A DNA stretch of 64,000 nt. It comes from Guillardia theta CCMP2712. Lineage: Eukaryota > Protista > Cryptophyta. The stretch covers positions 273,295 to 337,294 of the forward strand of contig NW_005434627.1 of NCBI RefSeq assembly GCF_000315625.1. The letters run 5' to 3'. The stretch's first letter is position 1. Each line of letters opens with the position of its first letter. The notes beneath the pieces are model-generated. The model searched no databases. It worked only from the letters and a program-made list of their open reading frames with translations, and had not been told where the DNA came from. The position numbers and the translations under genes were made by a program. Of this stretch, positions 36,501 to 47,721 are shown in pieces.

Positions 36501-39500
36501 CAATGACTGCAGTCAAACCCACGTCACAGATTGCAGAGGCCTTCGCGTCCTGCTGCTCCTGCTACTCACCTCCAATCCGCTACTCGTCGTTTGAGGTTGA
36601 AATACTCCATGAAGAGCCTGATGGAGGGTCTCAACAGGGCAACCACCTCCTGTCACCCTGCGAACACCTCGGGTCCTCGTCATCCAGACGCCGAGCCGCT
36701 CGGACAACACCTTCGTACAAGAGTCAGGTTGACAAGGGACGGGGCAGATGTTCACGAACGTAGAGCATTGTCGAACTCGTCTTCCTCCACCAACAGACCA
36801 GCCTGTTTGGACGAAGAGCATGCGGGGTAAACATGCAGAGAGACCGAAAGATTGTTGTTACAAGATTCAAAGTCGCGTCGACAAACGTGGGTGCAAGGAT
36901 AAGGGCAGTCTCGTAAGCCTTGCCAAGGATGTCATGTGGTGAGATGTTCAAGAGACGAGAGGAGGGAAGGGAAGAAAAGAAACCAAGGCAAGGCAGGACA
37001 AGAACTACCGACCTTCTTGGCCTCTGAAGTTGTCCCTCCTGTTCCTTTTGACGGGCGTAAAAGAGTTCCAAGGATGTTGTAACCTAAAATGAGATTAAGA
37101 GGCTCGGGAGGAAGTAAAGAAAGAAACTGAGACAAGAGCAAATGTAATCAACATCAGAAGGTCAAACAATGTCGTTGTTTCCACCATCTGCACAAATATC
37201 CATGTCTTCACGAACGAGCAGCAAATAACAAAATCGCACAATCACACATCTGAATCGATCAATCATCCTTACCATGCGCATAGTTCCCGTCAAGCTGGAC
37301 TCCTCTGCGGGCAACTTCTATCGCTTCTTTGTCTCGGCCTACAGAAGCAAAACTCAGAAACCATCTCAAGAAACACAAATCGGCACAATTGAACAGCTGA
37401 ACTTGCTAGACACAAATGGTGATCGTTATCATCATATCCAAATTCATACGTCCACAAATGTGCTTGTACAACTTCACATCTCCTGCACATCCATGGTCTA
37501 CCTATCTCATGCAAGGCCGACGCTAAATTCCCAAAGGCCTGAGGAAGCGGATGCTTGGCGACAGCCTTGTAGTAAGACTCTGCAGACTGTCACTCAAAGT
37601 CCTGGCAAGTCACGACAAGAACCGATCGCCTCGTTCACCAGCCCCAGCGCTTTCAGCGAGACCCCCAAGTTGCTGTCGGGGGAAGGAGGGAGGAGAGTCA
37701 GAAGAAGTTGTAACATGTGAAGTCAAGGTGTGCAATGTACATGTAAGCGCCGGAAGATTCGGAGATTTCGGCTGATTTCCTGAGGTAGATGACCTTTGTG
37801 AAGGTTTCAGTGAGGCCGCTCCAAACACGGGAGTTCACTCCACACAGCATTTTCGTGTTGCTTCATCTGCTGGTAAACAGTCCCGATGTTGAAGTACGTA
37901 TCAGCCGCAAGGGGGTCAAGTTGCACCGTCTGCAATCAAGGGTCAGGTCTTGTCAGATGCTTTCATCTCACTTTGAAGAAATTCTCGAGAGCTTTGTCGT
38001 AGATTCTGTTTGTCTCGTAAACATTCCCGATCCCATGATACCTGCACGCACACTCAGAGGTCCTCCTGGCCACAGGACCTCGACAAACTCACGAATGAGA
38101 GAAGTTCGGATTGTGCTCGAGGGATTTTGCGTAAGAAGCAAGAGACTGAGCGGGACATGTAAGGACGGGAGTCGCGAGCTCAGATTGTCTTGCAACCTTA
38201 TCCCACTGCCGCAGGAAGAAGTAGACAAGCCCGAGGTTGAAGTGGATGGCGTAGTTGTCGCCCCCCTCCTACTCACAGTGATCAGAGCGTTCTTCCTCCC
38301 TTGCACCTCCTCTGAAGATTTCAGCTGAATGATCGACAGATCTTTCAAAGATGGAAAACAGATCTTTCAAAGATGGAAAACTTCCCCTATCTCCATCTTC
38401 CTTTCTTACCTTTCCCAGAGCCTCCAGAAAGAACTTCTCTGCCTCCACATACTTCCCCGCGTTGAGCTAATTCGTCACGTCATCTTGTATTGCATGCAGA
38501 GAAGGTGCGATAAAACATCTTACATGGTCCAAACCCATCTCCTGCAAAGTGCATCTCAACTACAGGAATGAAACATCATCTCATCATCACTTGTAGTTGC
38601 ATGTACGTCTTTCCTGATGACTTGTTGGCCTTCACCTGCTCATAAACAACTCACCTGTGTTGGTTCACACAACTCACAACTTTCTCGAGACGGTTTCGAA
38701 CTTGTTGAGCTTTCTGAAAGTTGAAAAATTGTGAGAACCAACAATTGATCATAGTTCAATGCGCCTGACATCCTGCTCCCCCTTCTCGCGGTACAAAGAT
38801 GCCAAGTTCTCATACACAGCATGCAACTACAAGCTCGTCAGACAGTCCTGAGTACTCTGACGGGATTCCATCTCCTCACGTTGGGATTTGCTTGCAAGGA
38901 CATCTCGTAAAACTTTCCTATCATGTCAGAAAATGACAAACTCTCAAGCAGCATGCTTGCACCTTGATGGCCTCATCATACATCCCCAACTGCACAACCA
39001 TCACAGCAAGGTCCTTGAAGCATCATCCAATGACCTGATGCAATGTCGCTCCAAAGTTGGCCTGTAGATAGTCCAACTTCCAGTCACCCCGGCTCCTCTT
39101 CCCTCCTCCCCCCACCGCCTCCCCCTCCCCTTCCCCCTCCTCCTCCCACTCCTACTCATACTCCCCATTCTCCTCCTCCTTCTCCTCCTCCTCCTTCACT
39201 CACTTTCGCTTCAGCAGCGTTCGGGTGCAGCTGTATGGCCGTCTGCCAAGCATCAACAGCTTGCTGATGCAAACCTTGCAGCGAGAACGTGAGAAAAATG
39301 AGCTACATGCCGCGCCCTCGCGCGTTCACACCAAGTTTCATGAGCATCGGTGGGATCCTGGCGAGTTGATGGAGGTCAGGAACGATGTCGATCGACTACA
39401 AACACCCCAGTCACATCCTTGATCCATCTCAGATCCATGACAGCACGCCTGCTGACCTGCTGCACATCAAACATCTGCTGCCATGCCTCCACCGCATCTT

Positions 39501-40077
39501 GCATGTTGCCGTTCTCTTCGCTAGCCTGGACATGTCCGTCAATCTTGAACAGCGCTCCTGGTACGTTGAAGTTCCTGAGCTGCATTTTTCAACCACCCGA
39601 TGACCTTGCATGCTCATCAGACATTGATACGAAGATCACGAGCTGCTCAGGCATACCTCCTCGCTCCTCTCTGCTGAATCTGCTGCTCTCCAGAAGCATC
39701 TGCCAACGGACCGTGAGAAGGAGATGGCAGACCAGGAATGCTGTCACGTAGCTGCCTGCTCCTTGTTCCCCGCCTGGTAAGCAAATCAACGACACCCCAT
39801 CCTCTTCTCAGTGAAGGCAGAGCGCATGGACCTTCATAAGCTCAATCCCCTTGTTTCCTGCCAGGGCGTTTCAGGATAAGAGGCAGAATGTTGCACCGTT
39901 AATGGCAAGCACCGGTTTCGACGCTGCTCGAGGTAGAAGGCACGGGGCAGTCAGGAGGCTGACATGGCAAACGTCATCATATCGCGTTGAAGGCTGAGGA
40001 CGAGGCACCTCTGCACCAACCCAACTCAAGAGCAGCAGGAGGAGCCATGGTCTCATCCATGCGGCCATGTATCTCAT
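33591..40077 (-). CDS. TPR-repeat glycosyltransferase family 41 (OGT/SEC/SPY-like) with N-terminal signal peptide, many exons
   Basis: GT41 motifs VGYVSSDFKQHP, FEIYCYA..DGSMYRKKI..CEHFVE, YMPHSYQLNDH, NFNSYQK/IEPALFRAW..SVLWLLQ, ADLHLDTLLFNGHTTTTDSLWA, PLFDTQR/WVVNFELGL; TPR-like helices (AVDAWQTAIQLHPNAAEA); N-terminus MRYMAAWMRPWLLLLLLSWVGA. Confidence 0.88.
34882..34985 (+). repeat. 24-bp intronic minisatellite (GGATATAAGGAGGAGAGGAGGAGA), about 4 copies
   Basis: Direct tandem copies. Confidence 0.85.
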
Positions 40078-40898
40078 GGCTCCAGCAGTTCTCGCTCCTG
40101 GACCAGCCCTCCAGTGCTCATCTCGCATCTTGGAGCGCTGAAACATCACTCGCTTCCTCCCCTCTCGCTCTCCTCCCCTCTCCCTCCTGTCGTCGGGATC
40201 CTGCTTGATGCCGGTTGCAGCCGTTACTTTGCTAGTGCAAGTCACACCGTCACGGTGGTCACCGTCGGCCCACTGGCTTCCGGCCGGGCCCGTTCACCGG
40301 GACCGGTGGCAAGATCTTGCGCGATAATCCCGGAACGGCGTGACTGAGTCCGAAATCTTCTGTTGGGCGGGGCCGGAGAGCGCAGGGAGGCCGACGGGGC
40401 TGCCGCTGCTGTTGCCAGTAGGGATGAGTTATCGTGAAGTCACGGTCCAGAACAAAATCCTTTACTCAAACGGTTAACTTAAAAATCAGTACTACGGAAC
40501 CAGCCCAGTCCAGGTTTGGGTGGAGAGGCCCGGGAGCCAGAGGTCGCCCACCGTGTCACATGATGTGTCGTAGTGTACTGACTTTACTCAAAGTTAAGTT
40601 AAAGTTCAGTACCAGGACTCGACTCGCGAGCCATGGGCGGTGCGAGGGTTGAAAATCTTCATGGTGACTTAACTCAGTCTTAGTGAACCCTCCCAACCAC
40701 CCCCCACCCCTGCTTCCTTCACCCCCACCATGCAATGTAAGGATATGTACCCCCGGGCCCCTCTTACACATCCTAGCGTCAGATCGTTGCACCCCTACCC
40801 CTACATCCGCTACGGCTGCTCAGATAGTCGCAACTACCCCACATCCCTGTACCCCCTCGCCGTGGCTGCCTGCTTGTGAAGGAAGAGGAGAAGAAACG

Positions 40899-43800
40899 AT
40901 GGCAGTGACGGGAGAGGAGAAGAAAAGATGTTAGCAGAGAAATCAAACTGATTGACAAGTTTTGAACCATCAGATTTGATACCTGTCACTAGCAGCTCCT
41001 CACAGTCGGGTTTCTTACACTCAGTCTCCTGTTTTGAGTGGTACAACTGATGTCAACTATTGATTGTTGTCATTGCATAGGTATGGCGTCTGTTTTCATC
41101 GGAGTAAAGCACGGGAAAGGCAAGAACAGACAGAAAGATGTTCGCCAAGACATGCTCCTCGCGCTTCCAGATGATCAAGACCATGTGCTCGACATCAACT
41201 TACAGCGCAAGGCGATGAGGTGCGCTCTTCTCTTGTCATGTGCAAGTGCGCCGTGAGAGGTGTTGGTGGCAGCAACCTGGGCGCTACCTGGCAGGGAAGA
41301 CGGATGGTGGTGACGGAGGACAACATTTGTTTCGGGAAGCTGACGGGAAGCGACATGCTGGACTACATTCCTCTCCTGGAGGTTGACTCTATCAGTCGTA
41401 AGAATAGCTTGCACCCCGAAACCGTTAAGTCCACACTGCTCCCTTGCTCGACATCCCTGAGAACAAAAAGTATCAAGGCTCGGACAGGATTTTTTCGCAT
41501 CGCGTCGTCAGATACTGTAGTAGAAGACGATGAAGAGAGTCTAAATGTCTTCGCCATCTTGACAGCAGAGAACGGTCACAACTCAGGCCGATCAACAGTC
41601 TTGGCGATAGAAGACCAGGCGGAGTACGAGCGAGTCATCAGCATCCTAGAAACTTGTGTCAGGAAGCGGAAGCAGAGAGAGATGGATCATATTGACAACA
41701 CCTTCATCAAAAAGTGCCAGCACAGAGCAAGAGACTTCTATGACGGGATGGTATGCCAGTCCATCGTTGGAGTTTTGATCGTTGCTTCATATGTCAATGC
41801 GCTGGTGAACGCTCAAGTGATGCCGGAGCCAGGCTCTTCCTCTACTCATTTCTTCTATGCCATGGAGTGGGTTTTCAACATCAGCTTCACCATCGTAAGG
41901 TAGAGCCAGCATGAGCATCGATAGTTGATAGTTACCGTAGGACCTGATTTTCAACGTTTTCGGTCATTTTTCCTTGCAATTCTTCTATGACGGATGGAAC
42001 TTGGGAGGTACGAGAAGCAGGTGCTGGTCCACCTACCTCCTCACCGACTGCTGTTGGCAGACATAGTTGTCGTTGTCGTCTCTCTCATCTCTCAGTTCGT
42101 AGACGGGATGATCGGCGTTAGCGTCCTGCGACTTGCCAGAGTCTTCAAGATGATTCGACTCTTCAGGTCTGACATTGTCGCCTGCACGAGATCTTCCAAG
42201 GGACTGACCGGTCGATAGGAAACTGACATCGCTGAGGATCATGATAAACGCGCTTGTAGCATCAGGTGTGCAGGTTGATAGGCATGAGGCCTGGGACTGA
42301 GTGCGAGTCTCGTCAGCCATCCCCGTCATCAACGCGCTCTGCATCTTGTCGCTTGTCACTTCGATCTACGCTATCATAGCGACGAACCTCTTCCATGAGG
42401 TGCAGCCGGAGTTCTTCGGGGGCTTCATGAGATCCATGTTCACGGTGAGGAGAGGAGGGTGTAGCGTGTTGCTGAGCTCGCTGTAGATGTATCAGATCTC
42501 GACTGGAGACGCGTGGGGATCTGTCATCGCAAGATCCATCCTCAACTATGAGACTCATTCCGACCTCTACAACTTTGGGGTGAGGCTGAGCGGGGTCGGT
42601 GGAGAGGTATTGACGACGAGGATGCAGGTTGGGTTTTTCTTTATCTCGTACATGCTGCTTGTGGGGATGGTGGGACCATCGGTCTAACTCATGTGACTTA
42701 ATTGAGCTCGCGACAGGTCCTGATGAACATCGTGGTTGCGGTGCTACTTGATGAGTTCATCACCATGGTAGAGCAAGAGAAGAATGACAGGAAAATCAAC
42801 GAGAAGTTGGAATTGGTAAACGATTCTTCTCTTGCATCTCCTTGCTGACGTCTGAGCAGGCCAAGCATGGTCAGCAGAATCTCACCGAACTTCCGCTGGA
42901 TCCTCTGCTCGCAAGTCTGGTGGAGTTTGCTACCATCCCCGAGCTGTCAAACAGGATCTACGCTCTGTACCAGGTGAGGCATCGCAAGCTTGTCAGGCTT
43001 GAGGACTGAGAGACTGGGTCAGCGACTGGACCTGGATGAGAACGGCTCGCTGTCGCTTGACGAGATTAACTTGGGGCTCAAGAAGCTGAAGCTCCCTCGC
43101 CCCATCCACCTCACACACGAGGATTTCGACATGCTCACCATGGACAGAACCCTCCTGGACGAGGACGGAGAGCTCACGCCCCAGGCCTTCGAGCAGATGA
43201 TGCTCGCAGAGCTCGACGGCTACGTCAGGAGGAAGGTCTGCTTGCTCGCACCGTCCTGTTCTGGGGTAGCCGCTTGACATTGGCGCAGATGATCGCATCG
43301 ATCGACGCGATGGAGGACGAGAACACAAAGGAGCTGCTGATGGGGATCAAGATGAACCTCTCGACTCTCGATCGCTTCCAGCAGTCCATGGACAACAAGC
43401 TCAAGAACCGACGGCTGCAAGGTCGCAAGCAGATCCTGACTCGCCTCTTCCGTTCCTCCCTCTACATCTCCTTCCGCGAGTGGAAGACTGTCGCCTTCGA
43501 GCTCCACGAGCCCGGCAGAGTGAAGGAGATGCAACAAGAGGAGGTGGAGGAGAGCAGCCGGCAAGCGCCTCCTGCGAGACGAATGTCGCTGTCTCAAGCA
43601 ATGCAGACCCGCCTCGACATGCTGGAGATGAGGGTCCAGACCCAGCACAAGAGCATCTCCAACCGTCTCAACGAGCTGGTGAGCATGAACAAGCGCCTGG
43701 ATCAGTCGCTCAGCAAGCTCGTGCTTCACCTCCTCCACCACGATAGAGCCGGCCACGCCTCCATGAACCCGCAGAAACGCGCAAGCCTTGTGCAGACAAG

Positions 43801-44194
43801 CGACCTGTGTATCCTCCCACACGCGGGGAAGAAGGACCACGCTCACGGGGAGCGCAGCTTGCAGGAGGAGGTGAAAGGGGTGAGAGACTCGGTCAACCTC
43901 CTCAACCTCCGCGAGAAGTTCGCGACCATGCCTCGAGCTCTGCACAGCTACGAGGAAGACAAGGAAGAGCTCATGGTCAAGATCAGCTCCTATAGGTCCA
44001 GGTACTCGCACAACGAGGACCCCGTCATCTCAGCTTACGCCGACATGACTGGAGGAAGCGTAAGGAGGACGAGAAACAGTCAGGAGGGCGAAGGGGGGAA
44101 AGAGGCGCAGGAGAAGAGCGCGAGCGAGGCGAGCGAGGAAGACACGAACAGTGATAACACTGGCAAAAGAGAGAAGAATAACAAATCGGGATGA
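40899..44194 (+). CDS. Single-repeat 6-TM voltage-gated-type cation channel (Ion_trans) with N-terminal PH-like domain, EF-hand and coiled-coil tail; start at 40899 or 41083
   Basis: S1 QSIVGVLIVASYVNALV; S4 LRLARVFKMIRLFR (basic every third residue); pore FFGGFMRSMFT/MYQISTGDAWG; S6 FFFISYMLLVGM/VLMNIVVAVLLDEF; EF loop DLDENGSLSLDE; PH-like WQGRRMVVTEDNICF..LDYIPLLEV. Confidence 0.9.
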
Positions 44195-45516
44195 TGATTA
44201 GCAGCGATACCAGAGAGGTAGCTATCTACATGCGGCTTGTCGGTCATTGCCGACGCTTTTTGTGTCTTGAATGGAGAGATTGTTCGCTTGTCAGTTGCGA
44301 TGGGAGAATAGAGTTGTTGCGTTTAATAAAGTCTTTTGTTATATCCGCCTGAGTGCAATGAATCTTGCATGCTTGTCAGCTGCAAGAAGCATAAGTCTCG
44401 GCAGAATTGGTCTGCTGGAGTTGTGTTGTTGTGAGTGTTCACAATGTTTCTATTTTGCAGTCAAGTGAAGAATGCTTCAACAAATTTCACAAGCGTGCTT
44501 GTTGGAGATGCGTTGGCACAACTCAGGCACCCCTACTAGAACTCTTGATGAGTACAATCGAAATCCTCGTGGCCGAGTACTCAAGGACTCATTCCTTTGC
44601 CCTAACCAACTAGTCGGCACCTCTCCTCGCTTTTCTATTTGCTGGCTGTCGTGTAACACCTTCCACGGGTGCACCTGATGACTTGTTTTTGTCTTGTACG
44701 TTATTCTGATACCCTCTAACGATACAAACAAAGATAGATTTCCATCTTGAAGCACCATGGTTCGTGAGTGAAAGGTTCTGTTGGATCAGAGGAGCATCAG
44801 GTTGTTCAAGTACACTCGTAGTAGATAAACGCTTGGGGGGTCCCTGGTGTCGTTCAACTATGGAATGATATCTGTATCGCCGAGACAAACAATTCTGATG
44901 GTGAAGTTGCTTGGTTTCGGATTGAGCGACGGAGGTATACATCCGAGTATGGTGAAAACAATATCCGCATCCCTCCTCTTCTGTCTCACGTTCCCGCACG
45001 CCGACGCTGTTCGCAACCTCCCAATGAAGGTACAGTGGTACAGCATGTTGTTTGTTCCTTGGTCTTGAGGTGCCTCAAACTGGCCTTTGATCATCACTTC
45101 ACCGATGTGTCCTGATAGCATCTTGGTGACTCAGAAAGCCAACTTCTGGTGCTTCAACAGTGTCATCCGATCGTTGAGTGCTCTCTACAGGCCTTTACTC
45201 AAAGTTGAGTAGTGAGAAGCTATCTTGCGAGAAAGAAGTTTAACTTAACTTTGTCCTCGTACTGATTTTTAACTCAACTTCACGTTGAGTAAAGGTGGAT
45301 TTCGCGAGCCCCGCCGGGCCCGGTGGGCCCACTATCACCCGGCGCCGCGGCCACCACCGTGAGTTCCGACTCGGAGCCTTACAAAGACTGAAGTTATTAT
45401 TATATGAATAGACAAGTTCTTGCTGTCCTGATTTGAAACTTAAGACATGCACTGAGGCGGGCGCGGAATGATCAAACTCACTATCTTGAGTCGAATTCCC
45501 AGCACTACTGTGGCCG

Positions 45517-47721
45517 ATGGAGATGCACGAGACTGGCTTAGCAGAGGCGACGAGACGGAGGAAGCTCATGGCAACCAGCAGCCATGCAGATCGACTACAT
45601 AAGGTTTCACTGATGCCAAGAACACTTGCCTTGCTCGTCATACTCGCCCAGCTCGTCGTTTCAGCCAGTGCTGAGAGCAAAGTGACATGTGGAGACTGCA
45701 CGTATGTCGTTCTCAACAACGGCACCTTGACGAGACTCGCTCCGTGCGGGTCAGGTTGCTGGTCGTTGTACTTGAGCTTCAAGCAGATTGCTGAGATCTC
45801 AGACCCCCGGGTCTTCCAAGGCCTGACTGAGCTGCGCATGCTGTCCATGTACGGAAACACTCTCAGCAGTCTACCAGCAGGGCTCTTCGACGGGCTTACA
45901 AGCTTGACCAACCTCGGTATCTCTGGCAACCAGCTCCAGACCCTGCCCGCCGGGCTCTTCAACAACCTCACCAGCCTGACGTCTCTCGATCTCTCCTACA
46001 ACAGTCTGCAGTCTCTTCCCGCCGGACTCTTCGATCCCCTCGTGCACCTGCAGTCTCTTTCCTTGCAGCACAACAAGATCGCAAGCCTCCCGGCAGGACT
46101 CTTCGACTCTCTCTCCCGCCTGCAGACGCTTGTGCTCTACGACCTGCAGATGTCGCAAGTACCCAGTGGTCTCTTCAACAGCCTCCCGAGCCTGCAGCAG
46201 CTCTACGTCTCGACCTTGGACTCCGTGCAATGCGGCGGGTGTACCTTCACGGTCAGCAGCGGCGGGGAGCTGACGCGGCAAGGCAACTGCAGCACGGACT
46301 GCGTCTGGTATCTGCCCTTGTCATCGCGGGGGATCAAGTCGCTGACGGGGAAGGCGTTTGAGGGGATGACGGGGCTATGGCGGCTTGACCTGTCGCAGAA
46401 TGATCTGACGGAGATACCGGGAGGAGCTTTCGACGGTCTGACGCAGATGTACGACCTGTCTATCAGCAGCAACAAGCTGTCTACTCTGCCGTCAGGGATC
46501 TTCGACCAGCTTGCAAGCCTGACCTACCTTGATCTGGAATCGAACATACTCGGGAACCTCGAGGCAGGGGTTTTTAAAAACCTCACCAACCTTCAGGTTT
46601 TGATGCTGCAGAGCAACAATCTGTCATACTTACCCCCAAGCGTCTTCGATCCCCTTTCCCGCCTACAGACGCTTGTGCTCTACGACCTGCAGATGTCGCA
46701 AGTACCCAGTGGTCTCTTCAACAGCCTCCCGAGCCTGCAGCAGCTCTACGTCTCGACCTTGGACTCCGTGCAATGCGGCGGGTGTACCTTCACGGTCAGC
46801 AGCGGCGGGGAGCTGACGCGGCAAGGCAACTGCAGCACGGACTGCGTCTGGTATCTGCCCTTGTCATCGCGGGGGATCAAGTCGCTGACGGGGAAGGCGT
46901 TTGAGGGGATGACGGGGCTATGGCAGCTTGACCTGTCGCAGAATGATCTGACGGAGATACCGGGAGGAGCTTTCGACGGTCTGACGCAGATGTACGACCT
47001 GTCTATCAGCAGCAACAAGCTGTCTACTCTACCAGATCATATCTTCGCAAACCTCTCCAGCCTCTACAATGCTGATCTCTCTGCCAACGCACTTGCCTCC
47101 CTCCCCGCCCGGCTCTTCGACGGCTTGACGCAGCTCAGCTACGTCGACCTCGATGGCAACGCCTTGACGAGCTTCCCCGCTGACAGCCTCGTCGACCTCC
47201 CAGCTCTCCGCCAACTCAGCCTCGCTGACAACCGCATCGCCTGCATCCCTCCTACTGCCTTCGCCGCCCTGCCTGCCAGCTTTGCTTTCAACATTACGGA
47301 CAACCCAGTGAAGTGTGACCGGGGGTGGCCGGCGGGGGTGCAGACGAGTCCCAGTCTGCCGGCCTGTGCTGGGCTGTCGGGGGACGGCTTCCTGGCCAAC
47401 TGCAGCTGTGGGGTCGGGTACTACAGCCAGACGAAGGGAGACTGCGTGAGGTGCAGGGCGGGGACGTACAAGGAGACGGCGGGGGAAGGGAACTGCTCGG
47501 CGTGCGGGGAGGGGCTGTGGTCAGAGGCGGGGGCATCGGCATGTAGGACGGTATCAGCTGGCAGCGCAGGAGGGATAGGAGTAGGCGGTGGCCTCTCTTC
47601 TGTTTCTCATAGCAATGGTACAGGGCAGCTTTCGGACGCTTCTCAATCGCGAGTCGTTTCAGGTTGCTCAGTGATGTTCACGATATGTTGCTGTGCTGTG
47701 TGTTTGCTTATGGCATTTTGA
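45517..47721 (+). CDS. Intronless extracellular leucine-rich-repeat protein (signal peptide, three Cys-capped LRR blocks, Cys-rich repeat, probable GPI signal)
   Basis: 734-aa ORF; 24-aa typical LRRs (LPAGLFDGLTSLTNLGISGNQL); CxxC caps CGDCTY/CGGCTF; NPVKC C-cap; CxxGYY..CxxCxAGTY repeat; Ser/Gly stalk then hydrophobic C-terminus. Confidence 0.93.
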   Translation: MEMHETGLAEATRRRKLMATSSHADRLHKVSLMPRTLALLVILAQLVVSASAESKVTCGDCTYVVLNNGTLTRLAPCGSGCWSLYLSFKQIAEISDPRVFQGLTELRMLSMYGNTLSSLPAGLFDGLTSLTNLGISGNQLQTLPAGLFNNLTSLTSLDLSYNSLQSLPAGLFDPLVHLQSLSLQHNKIASLPAGLFDSLSRLQTLVLYDLQMSQVPSGLFNSLPSLQQLYVSTLDSVQCGGCTFTVSSGGELTRQGNCSTDCVWYLPLSSRGIKSLTGKAFEGMTGLWRLDLSQNDLTEIPGGAFDGLTQMYDLSISSNKLSTLPSGIFDQLASLTYLDLESNILGNLEAGVFKNLTNLQVLMLQSNNLSYLPPSVFDPLSRLQTLVLYDLQMSQVPSGLFNSLPSLQQLYVSTLDSVQCGGCTFTVSSGGELTRQGNCSTDCVWYLPLSSRGIKSLTGKAFEGMTGLWQLDLSQNDLTEIPGGAFDGLTQMYDLSISSNKLSTLPDHIFANLSSLYNADLSANALASLPARLFDGLTQLSYVDLDGNALTSFPADSLVDLPALRQLSLADNRIACIPPTAFAALPASFAFNITDNPVKCDRGWPAGVQTSPSLPACAGLSGDGFLANCSCGVGYYSQTKGDCVRCRAGTYKETAGEGNCSACGEGLWSEAGASACRTVSAGSAGGIGVGGGLSSVSHSNGTGQLSDASQSRVVSGCSVMFTICCCAVCLLMAF
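46114..47030 (+). repeat. Near-exact 374-bp direct duplication inside the LRR gene (46114-46487 and 46657-47030)
   Basis: Offset 543 bp; only two mismatches seen (46122/46665 silent, 46382/46925 R>Q). Confidence 0.95.

Noticed and set aside
43220-44011. 263-aa antisense ORF (also 22056-23246 and 45240-45971)
   Set aside because: Shadows of GC3-rich sense exons; no independent motifs
44270-45190. Possible small gene between the channel and LRR genes
   Set aside because: No consistent exon chain or family motif could be built on either strand
40455-45300. Composite transposon carrying the channel gene between inverted motif copies
   Set aside because: Copies are degenerate and multiple, with no target-site duplication or transposase seen; kept only as a dispersed motif
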